Part shown: positions 30,241 to 39,324 of the stretch, piece by piece
How positions within the stretch are numbered: position 1 is the first letter of the stretch
How the letters are laid out: each line of letters begins with the position of its first letter
Source: Candidatus Levyibacteriota bacterium
Lineage (GTDB): Bacteria; Patescibacteriota; Microgenomatia; Levybacterales; UBA12049
NCBI GenBank assembly: GCA_049519175.1
Contig: JBEKQZ010000001.1
Span: 17,021-81,020 of the forward strand
Direction: 5' to 3'
Length of the DNA: 64,000 nucleotides
Notes under the pieces: model-generated
Seen by the model: only the letters and a program-made list of their open reading frames with translations
Told to the model about the DNA's origin: nothing
The model's database searches: none
Made by a program: the position numbers and the translations under genes

Positions 30241-32001
30241 ATGTGCGGAATATACGGTTTTGTTTCAAACGAAGAACATTCGGCCAATGAAATCCTGGAA
30301 GGATTAAAACTTTTGGAATACAGAGGCTATGATTCTTGGGGAGTAGCGGTAAAAAGCGGTAAGCAAATTTTCGTTGACAAAAACATCGGCAAAATCGGCA
30401 GCGCCAAACTAAAACCCCGGAAAAGCAATCTTGGCATCGGTCATACGCGTTGGGCCACTCACGGTGGAGTAACTATTAAAAACGCTCATCCTCATCTCGA
30501 TTGTAAACAAAATATCGCCGTGGTTCACAATGGCATCATCGAAAACTATCAGGAGCTAAAGCAAGATTTAATTAAAAAAGGTCACAGGTTCGTTTCCGAA
30601 ACCGACACCGAAGTTTTCGCGCACTTGGTGGAAGAGTTTTTGAAAAAAGACGGCTTTGCAACCGCCGTTAGAAAAGCTTTCAACGTAATTCAAGGACTAA
30701 ATGCGATAGTAGTAATGAGCTCTGTTTCATCCGAAATTGTAGCCGCCAAAACGGGATCACCTTTAATCGTCGGTGTTGGGAATAATGGATTTTTTATCTC
30801 TTCCGATGCGGTAGGAATTTACGGACATGCTACAAAAGCACTTTTCTTAAAAGATAATGAAATGGTGGTTTTAGGAAAAAACTTACAACTAATTTCTTTA
30901 CCAAGAGGGAATAAATTAACGCCGGAATTTGAAAAAATAGAATCTAAAGCGGCGGATAAAGGTAAAGGTGAATATAAACATTTTATGCTGAAAGAAATTA
31001 TGGAGCAGCCGGCGATTTTGCAAAATATCGCCGAAAATTATCAGGATATCATCGCTGATTTAAGCGGTAAAATTAAAAACGCCTACGGCACCTATTTTGT
31101 CGGAGCGGGAACCGCTTTCTATGCCTGTTTGGCCGGAACATATCTTTTTTCCAAAATTGCCAAACTGCATGTCAATACCGCGCCGGCTTCGGAATTTAAT
31201 TATTTGGAAGATTTTTTAACGCCAAAAAGTTTAGTGATTGGTTTATCGCAAAGCGGTGAAACAATCGACGTAATAGAACCATTGCAAATCGCCAAAAAAA
31301 GCAGAGCCAAGATTATTGCCATCACTAACACGAAAGGTTCAACGATTTATCGGATGGCGGATGAAAAAATTCTCCTGGGCGCGGGAACGGAAAAAGCGGT
31401 GGCATCAACTAAAGCCTATTTGGCAAAGCTGTCAATTCTTTTAATGTTGGCGTTTGCGATGAAAGGACAAATTGGGAAAGCCCAGAATCTTTTAGGACAA
31501 GCAGCGAAAGAGATTCAGAGTATTTTTTCTCCGCGGTATCTTAAGCAAATTCAAATGTTGGCTAAAGTTATGCAGTCAAAAGAACATATTTTTATTATCG
31601 GACGCGGAATGTCGTATCCATCGGCTTTGGAAGGCGCTTTAAAAATTCGGGAAGTTAGTTATTTGCACGCCGAGGGGATTGCCGGCGGGGAATTAAAACA
31701 CGGACCAATCGCTTTAATTGAAAAAGGAACGCCCTGCATAGTTTTTGCGCCAAACGATGAAACCTACGCGGCAATTATGTCAAACGCGATGGAAATTAAG
31801 GCCCGCGGCGGAGTAATTATCGGAATTAGCTACAAAAATAGCGAAGTATTTGATTATTTTTTGCAAGTTTTAGATTTACAGGATGCAACGATTCTAACGC
31901 AAATCGTTCCACTGCAGCTACTGGCTTATTACATTGCGGTTAATAAAGGCTTTGATCCGGACAAACCCAGAAATTTAGCTAAAAGCGTCACGGTTAAATA
32001 G
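30241..32001 (+). CDS. glmS: Glutamine--fructose-6-phosphate aminotransferase
   Basis: MCGIYGF... N-terminal Cys nucleophile and two SIS domains. Ends ...SVTVK. Confidence 0.95.
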   Translation: MCGIYGFVSNEEHSANEILEGLKLLEYRGYDSWGVAVKSGKQIFVDKNIGKIGSAKLKPRKSNLGIGHTRWATHGGVTIKNAHPHLDCKQNIAVVHNGIIENYQELKQDLIKKGHRFVSETDTEVFAHLVEEFLKKDGFATAVRKAFNVIQGLNAIVVMSSVSSEIVAAKTGSPLIVGVGNNGFFISSDAVGIYGHATKALFLKDNEMVVLGKNLQLISLPRGNKLTPEFEKIESKAADKGKGEYKHFMLKEIMEQPAILQNIAENYQDIIADLSGKIKNAYGTYFVGAGTAFYACLAGTYLFSKIAKLHVNTAPASEFNYLEDFLTPKSLVIGLSQSGETIDVIEPLQIAKKSRAKIIAITNTKGSTIYRMADEKILLGAGTEKAVASTKAYLAKLSILLMLAFAMKGQIGKAQNLLGQAAKEIQSIFSPRYLKQIQMLAKVMQSKEHIFIIGRGMSYPSALEGALKIREVSYLHAEGIAGGELKHGPIALIEKGTPCIVFAPNDETYAAIMSNAMEIKARGGVIIGISYKNSEVFDYFLQVLDLQDATILTQIVPLQLLAYYIAVNKGFDPDKPRNLAKSVTVK

Positions 32002-32016
32002 TGGTAAAATTAAATT

Positions 32017-32904
32017 ATGGCAAGTAGTGATTATTATCAAATTTTAGGAATTTCCAAAAACGCAACGGAAGCGGAAATAAAAAGAGCTTACCGCAAATTA
32101 GCTCTGCAATATCATCCGGATAGGAATAAAGGTAAGGAAGCGGAGGAAAAATTCAAGGAAGTGAACAAAGCTTACGAAGTTTTGTCCGACACGCAAAAAA
32201 GACAAACTTACGACCAGTTTGGCGCGGCGGCGTTTGAGCAAGGTGGCCCAACCGGGCAAGGAGCCGGCGGACCATTCGGCGGGTTCGGAGGACAACAAGG
32301 TCCGTTCACTTATACCTACTCAACCAGTGGTGGAAATCCGCAGGGGTTTGATTTCGGTGGAGGATTTTCTGACCCGTTTGAAATTTTCGAGCAATTTTTT
32401 GGTGGTGCGTCACCATTTGGCCGGGCGCAAAGACGCTCTACTTATTCACTAACCATTTCCTTTATGGATGCAGTGAAAGGCGCAACTAAAAGAGTGCAAT
32501 TGGAAGGGAAAACGCAGACGATTAAAATTCCTGCCGGAGTTGATAACGGCTCTAGAATTCGCTTTGGTGATTATGACGTAGTGATTGATGTGACGTCGGA
32601 CAGAAAATTCAGGCGGCAGGGCTATGATATTATTTCGGATGAGGAAATTAGTTTTCCGCAGGCTGCACTAGGCGATACGGTTGAAGTCCAAACGGTTCAG
32701 GGTTTGGTCAAAATAAGAGTTCCCTCTGGCACTCAACCGGAAACTCTAATCCGACTGCGGGGCAAAGGTGTAAAAATGTTAAGAGGTTCCGGGCACGGTG
32801 ACCATTACGTCAGAATAAAAGTCACAGTTCCAAAAAATCTTTCCGGACACCAAAAAGAATTGTTAAAAGAATTCGACGACTCCAAAAAACACGGCTGGTT
32901 CTAA
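32017..32904 (+). CDS. dnaJ: DnaJ-class co-chaperone without Zn-finger domain (type II / CbpA-like)
   Basis: J-domain ...[35 protein letters not shown].... Gly/Phe-rich region. C-terminal substrate-binding domains. No CxxCxGxG repeats. Confidence 0.85.
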   Translation: MASSDYYQILGISKNATEAEIKRAYRKLALQYHPDRNKGKEAEEKFKEVNKAYEVLSDTQKRQTYDQFGAAAFEQGGPTGQGAGGPFGGFGGQQGPFTYTYSTSGGNPQGFDFGGGFSDPFEIFEQFFGGASPFGRAQRRSTYSLTISFMDAVKGATKRVQLEGKTQTIKIPAGVDNGSRIRFGDYDVVIDVTSDRKFRRQGYDIISDEEISFPQAALGDTVEVQTVQGLVKIRVPSGTQPETLIRLRGKGVKMLRGSGHGDHYVRIKVTVPKNLSGHQKELLKEFDDSKKHGWF

Positions 32905-32905
32905 T
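32868..32905 (+). repeat. Direct repeat copy 1: the last 11 codons plus stop of dnaJ
   Basis: AGAATTCGACGACTCCAAAAAACACGGCTGGTTCTAAT is about 82% identical (31/38) to the 33755-33792 copy. Confidence 0.8.
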
Positions 32906-32943
32906 CCTCTTAATCAATTTTCATGTAATGCTTAGAATGTGGC

Positions 32944-33744
32944 TTGACATATATATATATGCTGTGCTTAGATGTATTTATGTTAGGATTTGGTGAACCA
33001 CCAGCGGGAGCAACGCCACAACAAGCTACGGAAACTGTTCCGCCATCAACGCCAGCGGCAACAGAAAATCAGGATAATGAAACTCTGCAGCCCCCCAAAA
33101 AAGGATTAGCGGAAAGACTCCAAGCAGTAAGAGCAGAGTCAGATTTAGTAGAAGATGAAGCTAGAGAAAGTTTGGCAAAGATATTAAAAGATATAAGAGG
33201 CGTCATGGAGATTGTTGCTACAACATTGCCAATAGATCCCCAAAAATCATCTAGGGACAAACCAAGAGATTCAGCGCTACAATTACCTGATGGAAGATAT
33301 GTTAGGACAACAACAGCTTTTGGTGAAGAGTTTAGAGAAGGTATTTTTGTTGGTGCAGATGGGGAAAAAGCGAAAGTTAGCTTGGAGACTAGAGGGTCAT
33401 ATGATCGGGCATTGGACCCTAATGATCAAGCAGCAGTTGAAAAAATGCATGATTTCGATAAATTTATTAACATTCAAGACCCAGAAGATCCTAGCTTAAC
33501 AGTGGGAATGAGCACAATGTTCCCAGGGAGATTTTATATTGAGCAGTTGGATAAAAAAGATGACACAGTGTTCGTAGAAAAAAGTTATAGGGATGATAAA
33601 GTGTACATGGGAAAACTTGAAAATGGAGGAGATCCCCTTGAAATAGCCAGAAGAACTATAGACTTTGCGACAGCAGCAAGGCTACAACAGGCGGAAGTGC
33701 CGGTAGCAACAGCCACTCCTCAGCCGATGTCAACAGTAGCTTAG
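32944..33744 (+). CDS. Hypothetical acidic soluble protein encoded on an ~850-bp insert with atypical codon usage
   Basis: The ORF-track start is a TTG that coincides with a TTGACA -35-like hexamer. Alternative ATG starts at about 32959 and 32980. Enriched in ATA/CCA/GCA/ACA/GTA/AGA codons relative to neighbouring genes. No TM segment and no recognisable domain. Confidence 0.5.
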   Translation: MTYIYMLCLDVFMLGFGEPPAGATPQQATETVPPSTPAATENQDNETLQPPKKGLAERLQAVRAESDLVEDEARESLAKILKDIRGVMEIVATTLPIDPQKSSRDKPRDSALQLPDGRYVRTTTAFGEEFREGIFVGADGEKAKVSLETRGSYDRALDPNDQAAVEKMHDFDKFINIQDPEDPSLTVGMSTMFPGRFYIEQLDKKDDTVFVEKSYRDDKVYMGKLENGGDPLEIARRTIDFATAARLQQAEVPVATATPQPMSTVA

Positions 33745-33754
33745 TTCCGCGAAG

Positions 33755-33792
33755 AGAATTCGATAACTCCAAATCCCACGGCTGGTTTTGAT
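33755..33792 (+). repeat. Direct repeat copy 2: degenerate duplicate of the dnaJ 3' end including a stop codon
   Basis: AGAATTCGATAACTCCAAATCCCACGGCTGGTTTTGAT translates in the dnaJ-equivalent frame as EFDNSKSHGWF*, versus the dnaJ ending [11 protein letters not shown]. Confidence 0.8.
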
Positions 33793-33824
33793 TGCAAAAA
33801 TAACCTCAATCTTCTACACTTGAA

Positions 33825-34154
33825 TTGATGCTTAAACTGCCCGTTCAAATTCTCAAATTTTGGTATCTGGAAGCACCAAGTAATATCCTCAAGTTTTTTG
33901 CTTCACTAAATTCAGCTTTTTTTGGTGTCTTTTCGCTTCCTCTAATGGTTAAAACTTTCTTCAAACCCTGGAAAAATGAATATAGAGAAGGTTTAGTTGG
34001 TTTCTCAATAATTATGGGAATGATAATAAAGAGTTTATTTATTTTTGCCGATTTGTTTCTGTTCGTCGGTCTTTTAATTTGCGAAATAGCAATGTTTTTA
34101 ATCTTTTTAATTTTACCAATTGCGGTGTTTATTTTGCCGTTTATTAAACTATGA
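33825..34154 (+). CDS. Small 3-TM membrane protein translationally coupled to the Clp-like ATPase
   Basis: 109 aa, hydrophobic. ATGA 4-nt overlap with the downstream gene. Confidence 0.5.
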   Translation: MMLKLPVQILKFWYLEAPSNILKFFASLNSAFFGVFSLPLMVKTFFKPWKNEYREGLVGFSIIMGMIIKSLFIFADLFLFVGLLICEIAMFLIFLILPIAVFILPFIKL

Positions 34155-36523
34155 AAGGCTTTGCAAAATTTTATTTTTACTACACCAGTTCAATTATAAT
34201 TTTAGCCCGGCTTTTACTGTTCATCCTCTTTGCGGTTGGATCTGCGTTTCTCATTATCAACAAATTTACTCCGAATATATTTTTACTGTTGCTTGGTTTA
34301 ATGTTAGTATTTGAAATTTTCTTTAAATATAAAATTGCCAAAACAAATCCAAAAGTCGAAGTCTTGCAAAATACCGGTGATCCGCTTGATTCATTCTCGC
34401 TAGAATTATTGGGTATTCTGGAAACACAAAAGACCGTTTCGCAAATCATTAAACAATTGATCAATCTCCCACAAATGCAATTCATAATTCTGAAAGCGGA
34501 TTTAAAACCCGAAGGAATTATTTTAGTTGATGGAGACAAACAAACACTAATCCAATCCACATTCAATTTAGCAAAAGAAGCCAAAGGTAAATACGTCACA
34601 GCGATGGATTATTTCATCGCTTATTTGCTGTTAATCGAGCCGTCGGCAAAAATTTTGTTCAACCATAAATTAAAAGAAGAAGATCTCAAAAATATTTTAG
34701 CGTGGGCCAGACACGTTCACACGGAGGAAGAGTCGCCGAAACAAACTATTGTTAATTTTGCCGGAGAGGGCATTGCCGAAGAGTGGGTTTACGGGTGGAC
34801 GCTGGAAACCAAGAAATACATGCTTGACTTAAGCCACGAATTTTTAAGCGGCAGAATCGAACCGATGCGTCGGGTCAACGAATTCCAGCAATTGACGGAA
34901 GCGCTTTTCAAAGGCGACAGCGTAATTTTGGTTGGCGATGCGGGCAGCGGCAAAGAAGCAACTGTTAAAGAATTGGCGATCGAAAGTTTTATGGGCAGAC
35001 TAAAAAATAATCTATATCATCAAAAAATTTATCAATTGATGGTCGATGCGTTTATGGCCGGCGCACAAAATCAGGGTGAAATTGAAGCTAGAATTAATGC
35101 TTTAATTACGGAAATTGCCCACTCCGGCGATACGATAATTTATATTCCGGAATTCCAAAATACTTTGGGCAGTTCCACGTTTCATTTGGATATTTCCGGC
35201 GCTTTAATTCCCTATTTGCAGAAAAAAGAAATCCGAATTATTGCGACAGTAACACCTGGTGCTTATAAAACTTTTCTTGAACCAATGAAAACACTTTTAG
35301 ATAACTTCACAGTAATCAATTTCTCCGAGCCTTCAAAAGAAGAAGTGTTACAAATGCTGTTTCAGAAAGCGGCGGTAATTGAAGAAAAAGATAATGCCGT
35401 CATTACTTACAAAGCGGTACTGGCGGCCTGTAATTTTGCCGATAGATACTCAAAGGAAAAAGTTTTGCCGGGGAGTGCAGTGACGCTTTTGGAAGATACG
35501 GCTAACGCCGATAAAGTTTCCGGTAAGCGCATCGTAGAAGAACAGGATATTTTGAGTCAAATCGAGAAAAAAATTCGAGTCCCCGTAGGAGAGCCAAAAC
35601 CAATTGAAAAAACGCTACTTTTAAATTTAGAGAATGAAATTCACAAAAGAGTAGTAGATCAGGAAGAGGCTGTGTTTGCAATCTCGGAAGCAATTAGAAG
35701 GCTTAGAACCGGTCTTAATGTGGCCGAAAAGCCGATCTCGTTTCTATTTTTGGGCCCCACCGGCGTTGGCAAAACCGAAACCGCCAAAGCGCTGGCTGCT
35801 GTTTATTTTGGGCAAGGTGCCAGAATGATTAGATTGGATATGAGCGAATTTGTGGGAGAGGAGGGAATAAAGAAACTTTTGGGCTCCGCTCCCGGCGAAG
35901 GAAGTGAAAAAGGTGAATTGGAAATGGTTTATGACAATCCCAATTCGTTAGTGCTTTTGGATGAGTTTGAAAAAGCCGACCAGCAAATTTTAAATTTATT
36001 TTTGCAGGTTTTAGATGATGGTAGACTGACCGATGATAAGGGCAAAACTGTTTCGTTTGCCAATTGCATTATCATTGCCACTTCTAACGCCGCCTCGGAA
36101 TTTATCAGGGAAGAAGTTGGTAAAGGCGTTCAAGTTAACAAACAGTTCCAACAAAACCTCATCAACTATTTGGAAACTAAAGGCATTTTTAAGCCCGAAC
36201 TTTTAAACCGTTTTGACGACATCATTACTTTCAAACCGCTCGGGCAAACGGAAATAACGCAAATAGTAAAATTAATGCTCATCGGCGTTGCCAAGGAGTT
36301 GGCGGCCAAAGATATTACAGTTTATTTTGATGAAAAAATCATCGTCAAAATTGTCAATGAGGGATTTGATAAAGATTTTGGTGCCAGACCTTTGCGAAGA
36401 TTTATCCAAGACAAAATAGAAGATTTAATTGCGCAAGCAATCCTTAAAGATGAAATCAAACGCGGTGACAAAATCCAAGTCTCCGTTGATTCCACAAATA
36501 ATATCTCCGTAAATAAACCTTAA
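34151..36523 (+). CDS. Membrane-anchored Hsp100/Clp-family AAA+ ATPase with degenerate D1 module and canonical D2 module
   Basis: Two N-terminal TM helices. D1 ...VILVGDAGSGKEATVKELA... (Walker A Thr replaced by Glu) and ...TIIYIPEFQN... (Walker B Asp replaced by Pro). D2 ...FLFLGPTGVGKTETAKALA..., ...LVLLDEFEKA..., sensor-2 GARPLRRFIQ. No long M-domain and no IGF/IGL ClpP-docking tripeptide seen. Confidence 0.7.
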   Translation: MKGFAKFYFYYTSSIIILARLLLFILFAVGSAFLIINKFTPNIFLLLLGLMLVFEIFFKYKIAKTNPKVEVLQNTGDPLDSFSLELLGILETQKTVSQIIKQLINLPQMQFIILKADLKPEGIILVDGDKQTLIQSTFNLAKEAKGKYVTAMDYFIAYLLLIEPSAKILFNHKLKEEDLKNILAWARHVHTEEESPKQTIVNFAGEGIAEEWVYGWTLETKKYMLDLSHEFLSGRIEPMRRVNEFQQLTEALFKGDSVILVGDAGSGKEATVKELAIESFMGRLKNNLYHQKIYQLMVDAFMAGAQNQGEIEARINALITEIAHSGDTIIYIPEFQNTLGSSTFHLDISGALIPYLQKKEIRIIATVTPGAYKTFLEPMKTLLDNFTVINFSEPSKEEVLQMLFQKAAVIEEKDNAVITYKAVLAACNFADRYSKEKVLPGSAVTLLEDTANADKVSGKRIVEEQDILSQIEKKIRVPVGEPKPIEKTLLLNLENEIHKRVVDQEEAVFAISEAIRRLRTGLNVAEKPISFLFLGPTGVGKTETAKALAAVYFGQGARMIRLDMSEFVGEEGIKKLLGSAPGEGSEKGELEMVYDNPNSLVLLDEFEKADQQILNLFLQVLDDGRLTDDKGKTVSFANCIIIATSNAASEFIREEVGKGVQVNKQFQQNLINYLETKGIFKPELLNRFDDIITFKPLGQTEITQIVKLMLIGVAKELAAKDITVYFDEKIIVKIVNEGFDKDFGARPLRRFIQDKIEDLIAQAILKDEIKRGDKIQVSVDSTNNISVNKP

Positions 36524-36531
36524 TCGGCGTA

Positions 36532-37779
36532 TTGAAGCCAAGCACAAATAATGATATACTAAAGCACATTATGCCAGCGATACAGAGAAGTGAATTCGCA
36601 CTAGCTTTGAATCAGGTCTCAAACGAAAGAGGCCTTGATCCGGCTATTGTTTTAGACACGGTTAAGAATGCTATTCTAGCCGCTTATCGAAAAGATCATC
36701 CGGGAACGGAAATCGAAGAATTCACCGCCACGCTAGACCCGAATACCGGGGAGGCAAAGATTTTCCTCGACGATAAAGACGTCACTCCGCCGGGTTTTGG
36801 CAGAATCGCCGCCCAAACCGCCAAACAGGTCATCTTACAAAAAATTAGAGAAAAAGAAAAAGAGGCAGTCATCTCCGACTTTAGATTAAGAATTGGCACC
36901 ATTGTCAACGGAATGGTGTTAAGATTTGCCGGACCAAACGTGATCGTCGATATCGGCAAAGCCGAAGCGATTATGCCGCCCGAAGAACAAATTCCCAACG
37001 AAAAATACCACCTTAATCAAAGACTGGTAGTTTACGTTTTGGAAATCAAAGAGGGACTAAAAGGCGAAGAAGTCGTTGTTTCTCGAGCTAACAACGGTTT
37101 ATTGGAAGGTTTGTTCAAGCGCGAAGTGCCAGAAGTGGCGCAGGGCGCGGTGGAGATTAAAGCGATAGAAAGAGAGCCGGGAAATCGCAGTAAAATTGCG
37201 GTCGCTTCAAACCAGTCGGGAATTGATCCGGTAGGAAGTTGTGTCGGACAAAAAGGCGTCCGGGTTCAGGCCATCATTCAGGAGTTTAGCGGCATTGAAA
37301 AAATCGATATTATCCAGTGGCAGGAAGACCCGAAAAATTATGTCACGCAAGCCTTATCGCCGGCCAAACAGTTGCAGGTCGAGATTGACGAAAAAGAAAA
37401 AACCGCTAAAGTTTTTGTGGCTCCCGAAGAATTGTCTTTAGCGATTGGCAGAGACGGACAAAATGTGCGGCTGGCGTCTAAATTAACCGGATACAGGATT
37501 GAAATTGAAGGCAAAGACGAACTGTCGCAACTTCCGCCGGAAGCCAAAGAAAAACCGGCAGAAGAAGCTGCGGCCAAAGTCGTTAAAGAAATAGTTAAAG
37601 AAGGGGTAAAAGACCAAACTAAAGACAAAATTGTGGCCAAAGAAGAAGCCGCGATAGACCAAGTACTCAAAACGGCAAAAGAAGAAAAACAGGTTGAGGA
37701 CGCACAGGCTTCTCTCGCCCAAAAAACTGAAGGAAAACCAGAAGAAACTAAAACAGAAGTGCCCGACAAGACTAGCTAA
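36532..37779 (+). CDS. nusA: Transcription termination/antitermination factor NusA
   Basis: ...SEFALALNQVSNERGLDPAIVLDTVKNAILAAYRK..., S1 and KH domains, and a K/E-rich tail. Real start possibly at the internal Met at 36571. Confidence 0.9.
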   Translation: MKPSTNNDILKHIMPAIQRSEFALALNQVSNERGLDPAIVLDTVKNAILAAYRKDHPGTEIEEFTATLDPNTGEAKIFLDDKDVTPPGFGRIAAQTAKQVILQKIREKEKEAVISDFRLRIGTIVNGMVLRFAGPNVIVDIGKAEAIMPPEEQIPNEKYHLNQRLVVYVLEIKEGLKGEEVVVSRANNGLLEGLFKREVPEVAQGAVEIKAIEREPGNRSKIAVASNQSGIDPVGSCVGQKGVRVQAIIQEFSGIEKIDIIQWQEDPKNYVTQALSPAKQLQVEIDEKEKTAKVFVAPEELSLAIGRDGQNVRLASKLTGYRIEIEGKDELSQLPPEAKEKPAEEAAAKVVKEIVKEGVKDQTKDKIVAKEEAAIDQVLKTAKEEKQVEDAQASLAQKTEGKPEETKTEVPDKTS

Positions 37780-37836
37780 TATGAGAGCGAATATTTTTTC
37801 TAAAAATATCAACTTGTCGAAAAATTTATTTAATTT

Positions 37837-39315
37837 ATGGATATTAAAAATAAAAAAAATGCTACAGAAGAATTCTATCCCCCGGTAGTCGCGGTTTTGG
37901 GTCACGTTGACCACGGGAAAACCACACTTTTGGATGCCATTAGAAAAACCAATGTTGCCGCCGGGGAACACGGTGGAATTACACAAAAAATCGGCGCCTC
38001 GGAAATCGAAATAATGCACGACGGCGTCAAGCGCAAAATCACTTTCATCGACACTCCCGGTCATGAAGCTTTTTCGCAGATGCGCGGCCGCGGCGCGCAA
38101 GCCGCAGACGTAGGGCTATTAATAGTCTCCAGTGTGGACGGGGTAATGCCGCAAACCAAAGAAAGCATCCAGCTTTTAAAAAATTCAAAAATTCCCTACA
38201 TTGCCGTTTTGACCAAAAGCGACGACCCAAACAAACAAGTTGAAAAAACCAAACAGCAATTGCTAAAAGAAGAAGTTCTACTTGAAGGTTACGGCGGGGA
38301 TGTGCCGGTGATTGAGGTGTCCGGAAAAACCGGCGACCACGTCAAAGAGTTATTAGAGTTAATTCTATTAGTTTATGAAATGAAAAAAGAGGCCAATTTT
38401 TATCCTTTTAAAAAGACAGGAACGCTCATGGGAATTGTCATTGAGTCTAAACTGGATAAAAATTCCGGGCCACGCGCGACGGTTGTCGTCAAGAATGGAA
38501 TTCTCAAGGTTAAAAGCGAAATTTTCGCCGGAGACATCCGGGGAAAAGTGCGAGGTTTAATTTCGGACACCGGTAAAAATTTACAGGAAGTCAGCGTCGG
38601 TGAGGCAATCGAAGTGCTGGGCTTTGAAAAAGTGCCAGCTGTCGGAAGCGTGGTTACCGATACACCAAAAATAGCTGAAGCTTTCGCCTACAAAGAAGAA
38701 ATTTCGGTGAATAAACTTCCCGAATCGCCGTTTGCAGTGGAAAACCAAAATGTGCTTTCCATCGTTCTTTGCGCCGATTCGGCCGGTTCTTTGGAAGCAA
38801 TCATAAACGCTGTTCCTAAAGGTAATTTACAATTTGTAATTCAAAAAACCGGCGATGTCGACGTCTCCGACATTTTATTTGCTAAATCAACCGGCTCGAT
38901 AGTTTTAAGCTTCAACGTTAAAATAAAGCCGGAAATTGCCAAGTTGGCGAAAACGGAAAAAGTGCTGGTTAAAAATTACACCATCATTTACGAAATGATC
39001 GATGAAGTCAGCGATTTTGTGCAAGGGAAACTGGAATCTTTGCAGGAGGAAATTATGGGCATTGCCAAGATTCTGGCCAGTTTTCCTTATGAAAAAACCA
39101 AAGTCATGGGAATTAAAGTGAGTGAGGGAAGAATCGCCAAAGGAGACAAAATAAGACTGCTGCGGGATGAAGCGGTGATTGGCGAAACCCGCGTTTCTTC
39201 GGTTAGACAAGGCAAGGAACAAGCCTCCAAAATCGAGGCCGGACAAGAAGGCGGCGTTATCGTGTCGCCCTTTCTTGACTTCGCAATAGACGATGTGCTA
39301 ATATCCCATAGCTAA
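37837..39315 (+). CDS. infB: Translation initiation factor IF-2 (short form lacking the N-terminal region)
   Basis: ...VVAVLGHVDHGKTTLLDAIRKTNVAAGEHGGITQKIGA.... 492 aa. Confidence 0.93.
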   Translation: MDIKNKKNATEEFYPPVVAVLGHVDHGKTTLLDAIRKTNVAAGEHGGITQKIGASEIEIMHDGVKRKITFIDTPGHEAFSQMRGRGAQAADVGLLIVSSVDGVMPQTKESIQLLKNSKIPYIAVLTKSDDPNKQVEKTKQQLLKEEVLLEGYGGDVPVIEVSGKTGDHVKELLELILLVYEMKKEANFYPFKKTGTLMGIVIESKLDKNSGPRATVVVKNGILKVKSEIFAGDIRGKVRGLISDTGKNLQEVSVGEAIEVLGFEKVPAVGSVVTDTPKIAEAFAYKEEISVNKLPESPFAVENQNVLSIVLCADSAGSLEAIINAVPKGNLQFVIQKTGDVDVSDILFAKSTGSIVLSFNVKIKPEIAKLAKTEKVLVKNYTIIYEMIDEVSDFVQGKLESLQEEIMGIAKILASFPYEKTKVMGIKVSEGRIAKGDKIRLLRDEAVIGETRVSSVRQGKEQASKIEAGQEGGVIVSPFLDFAIDDVLISHS

Positions 39316-39324
39316 TCAAGTTCT

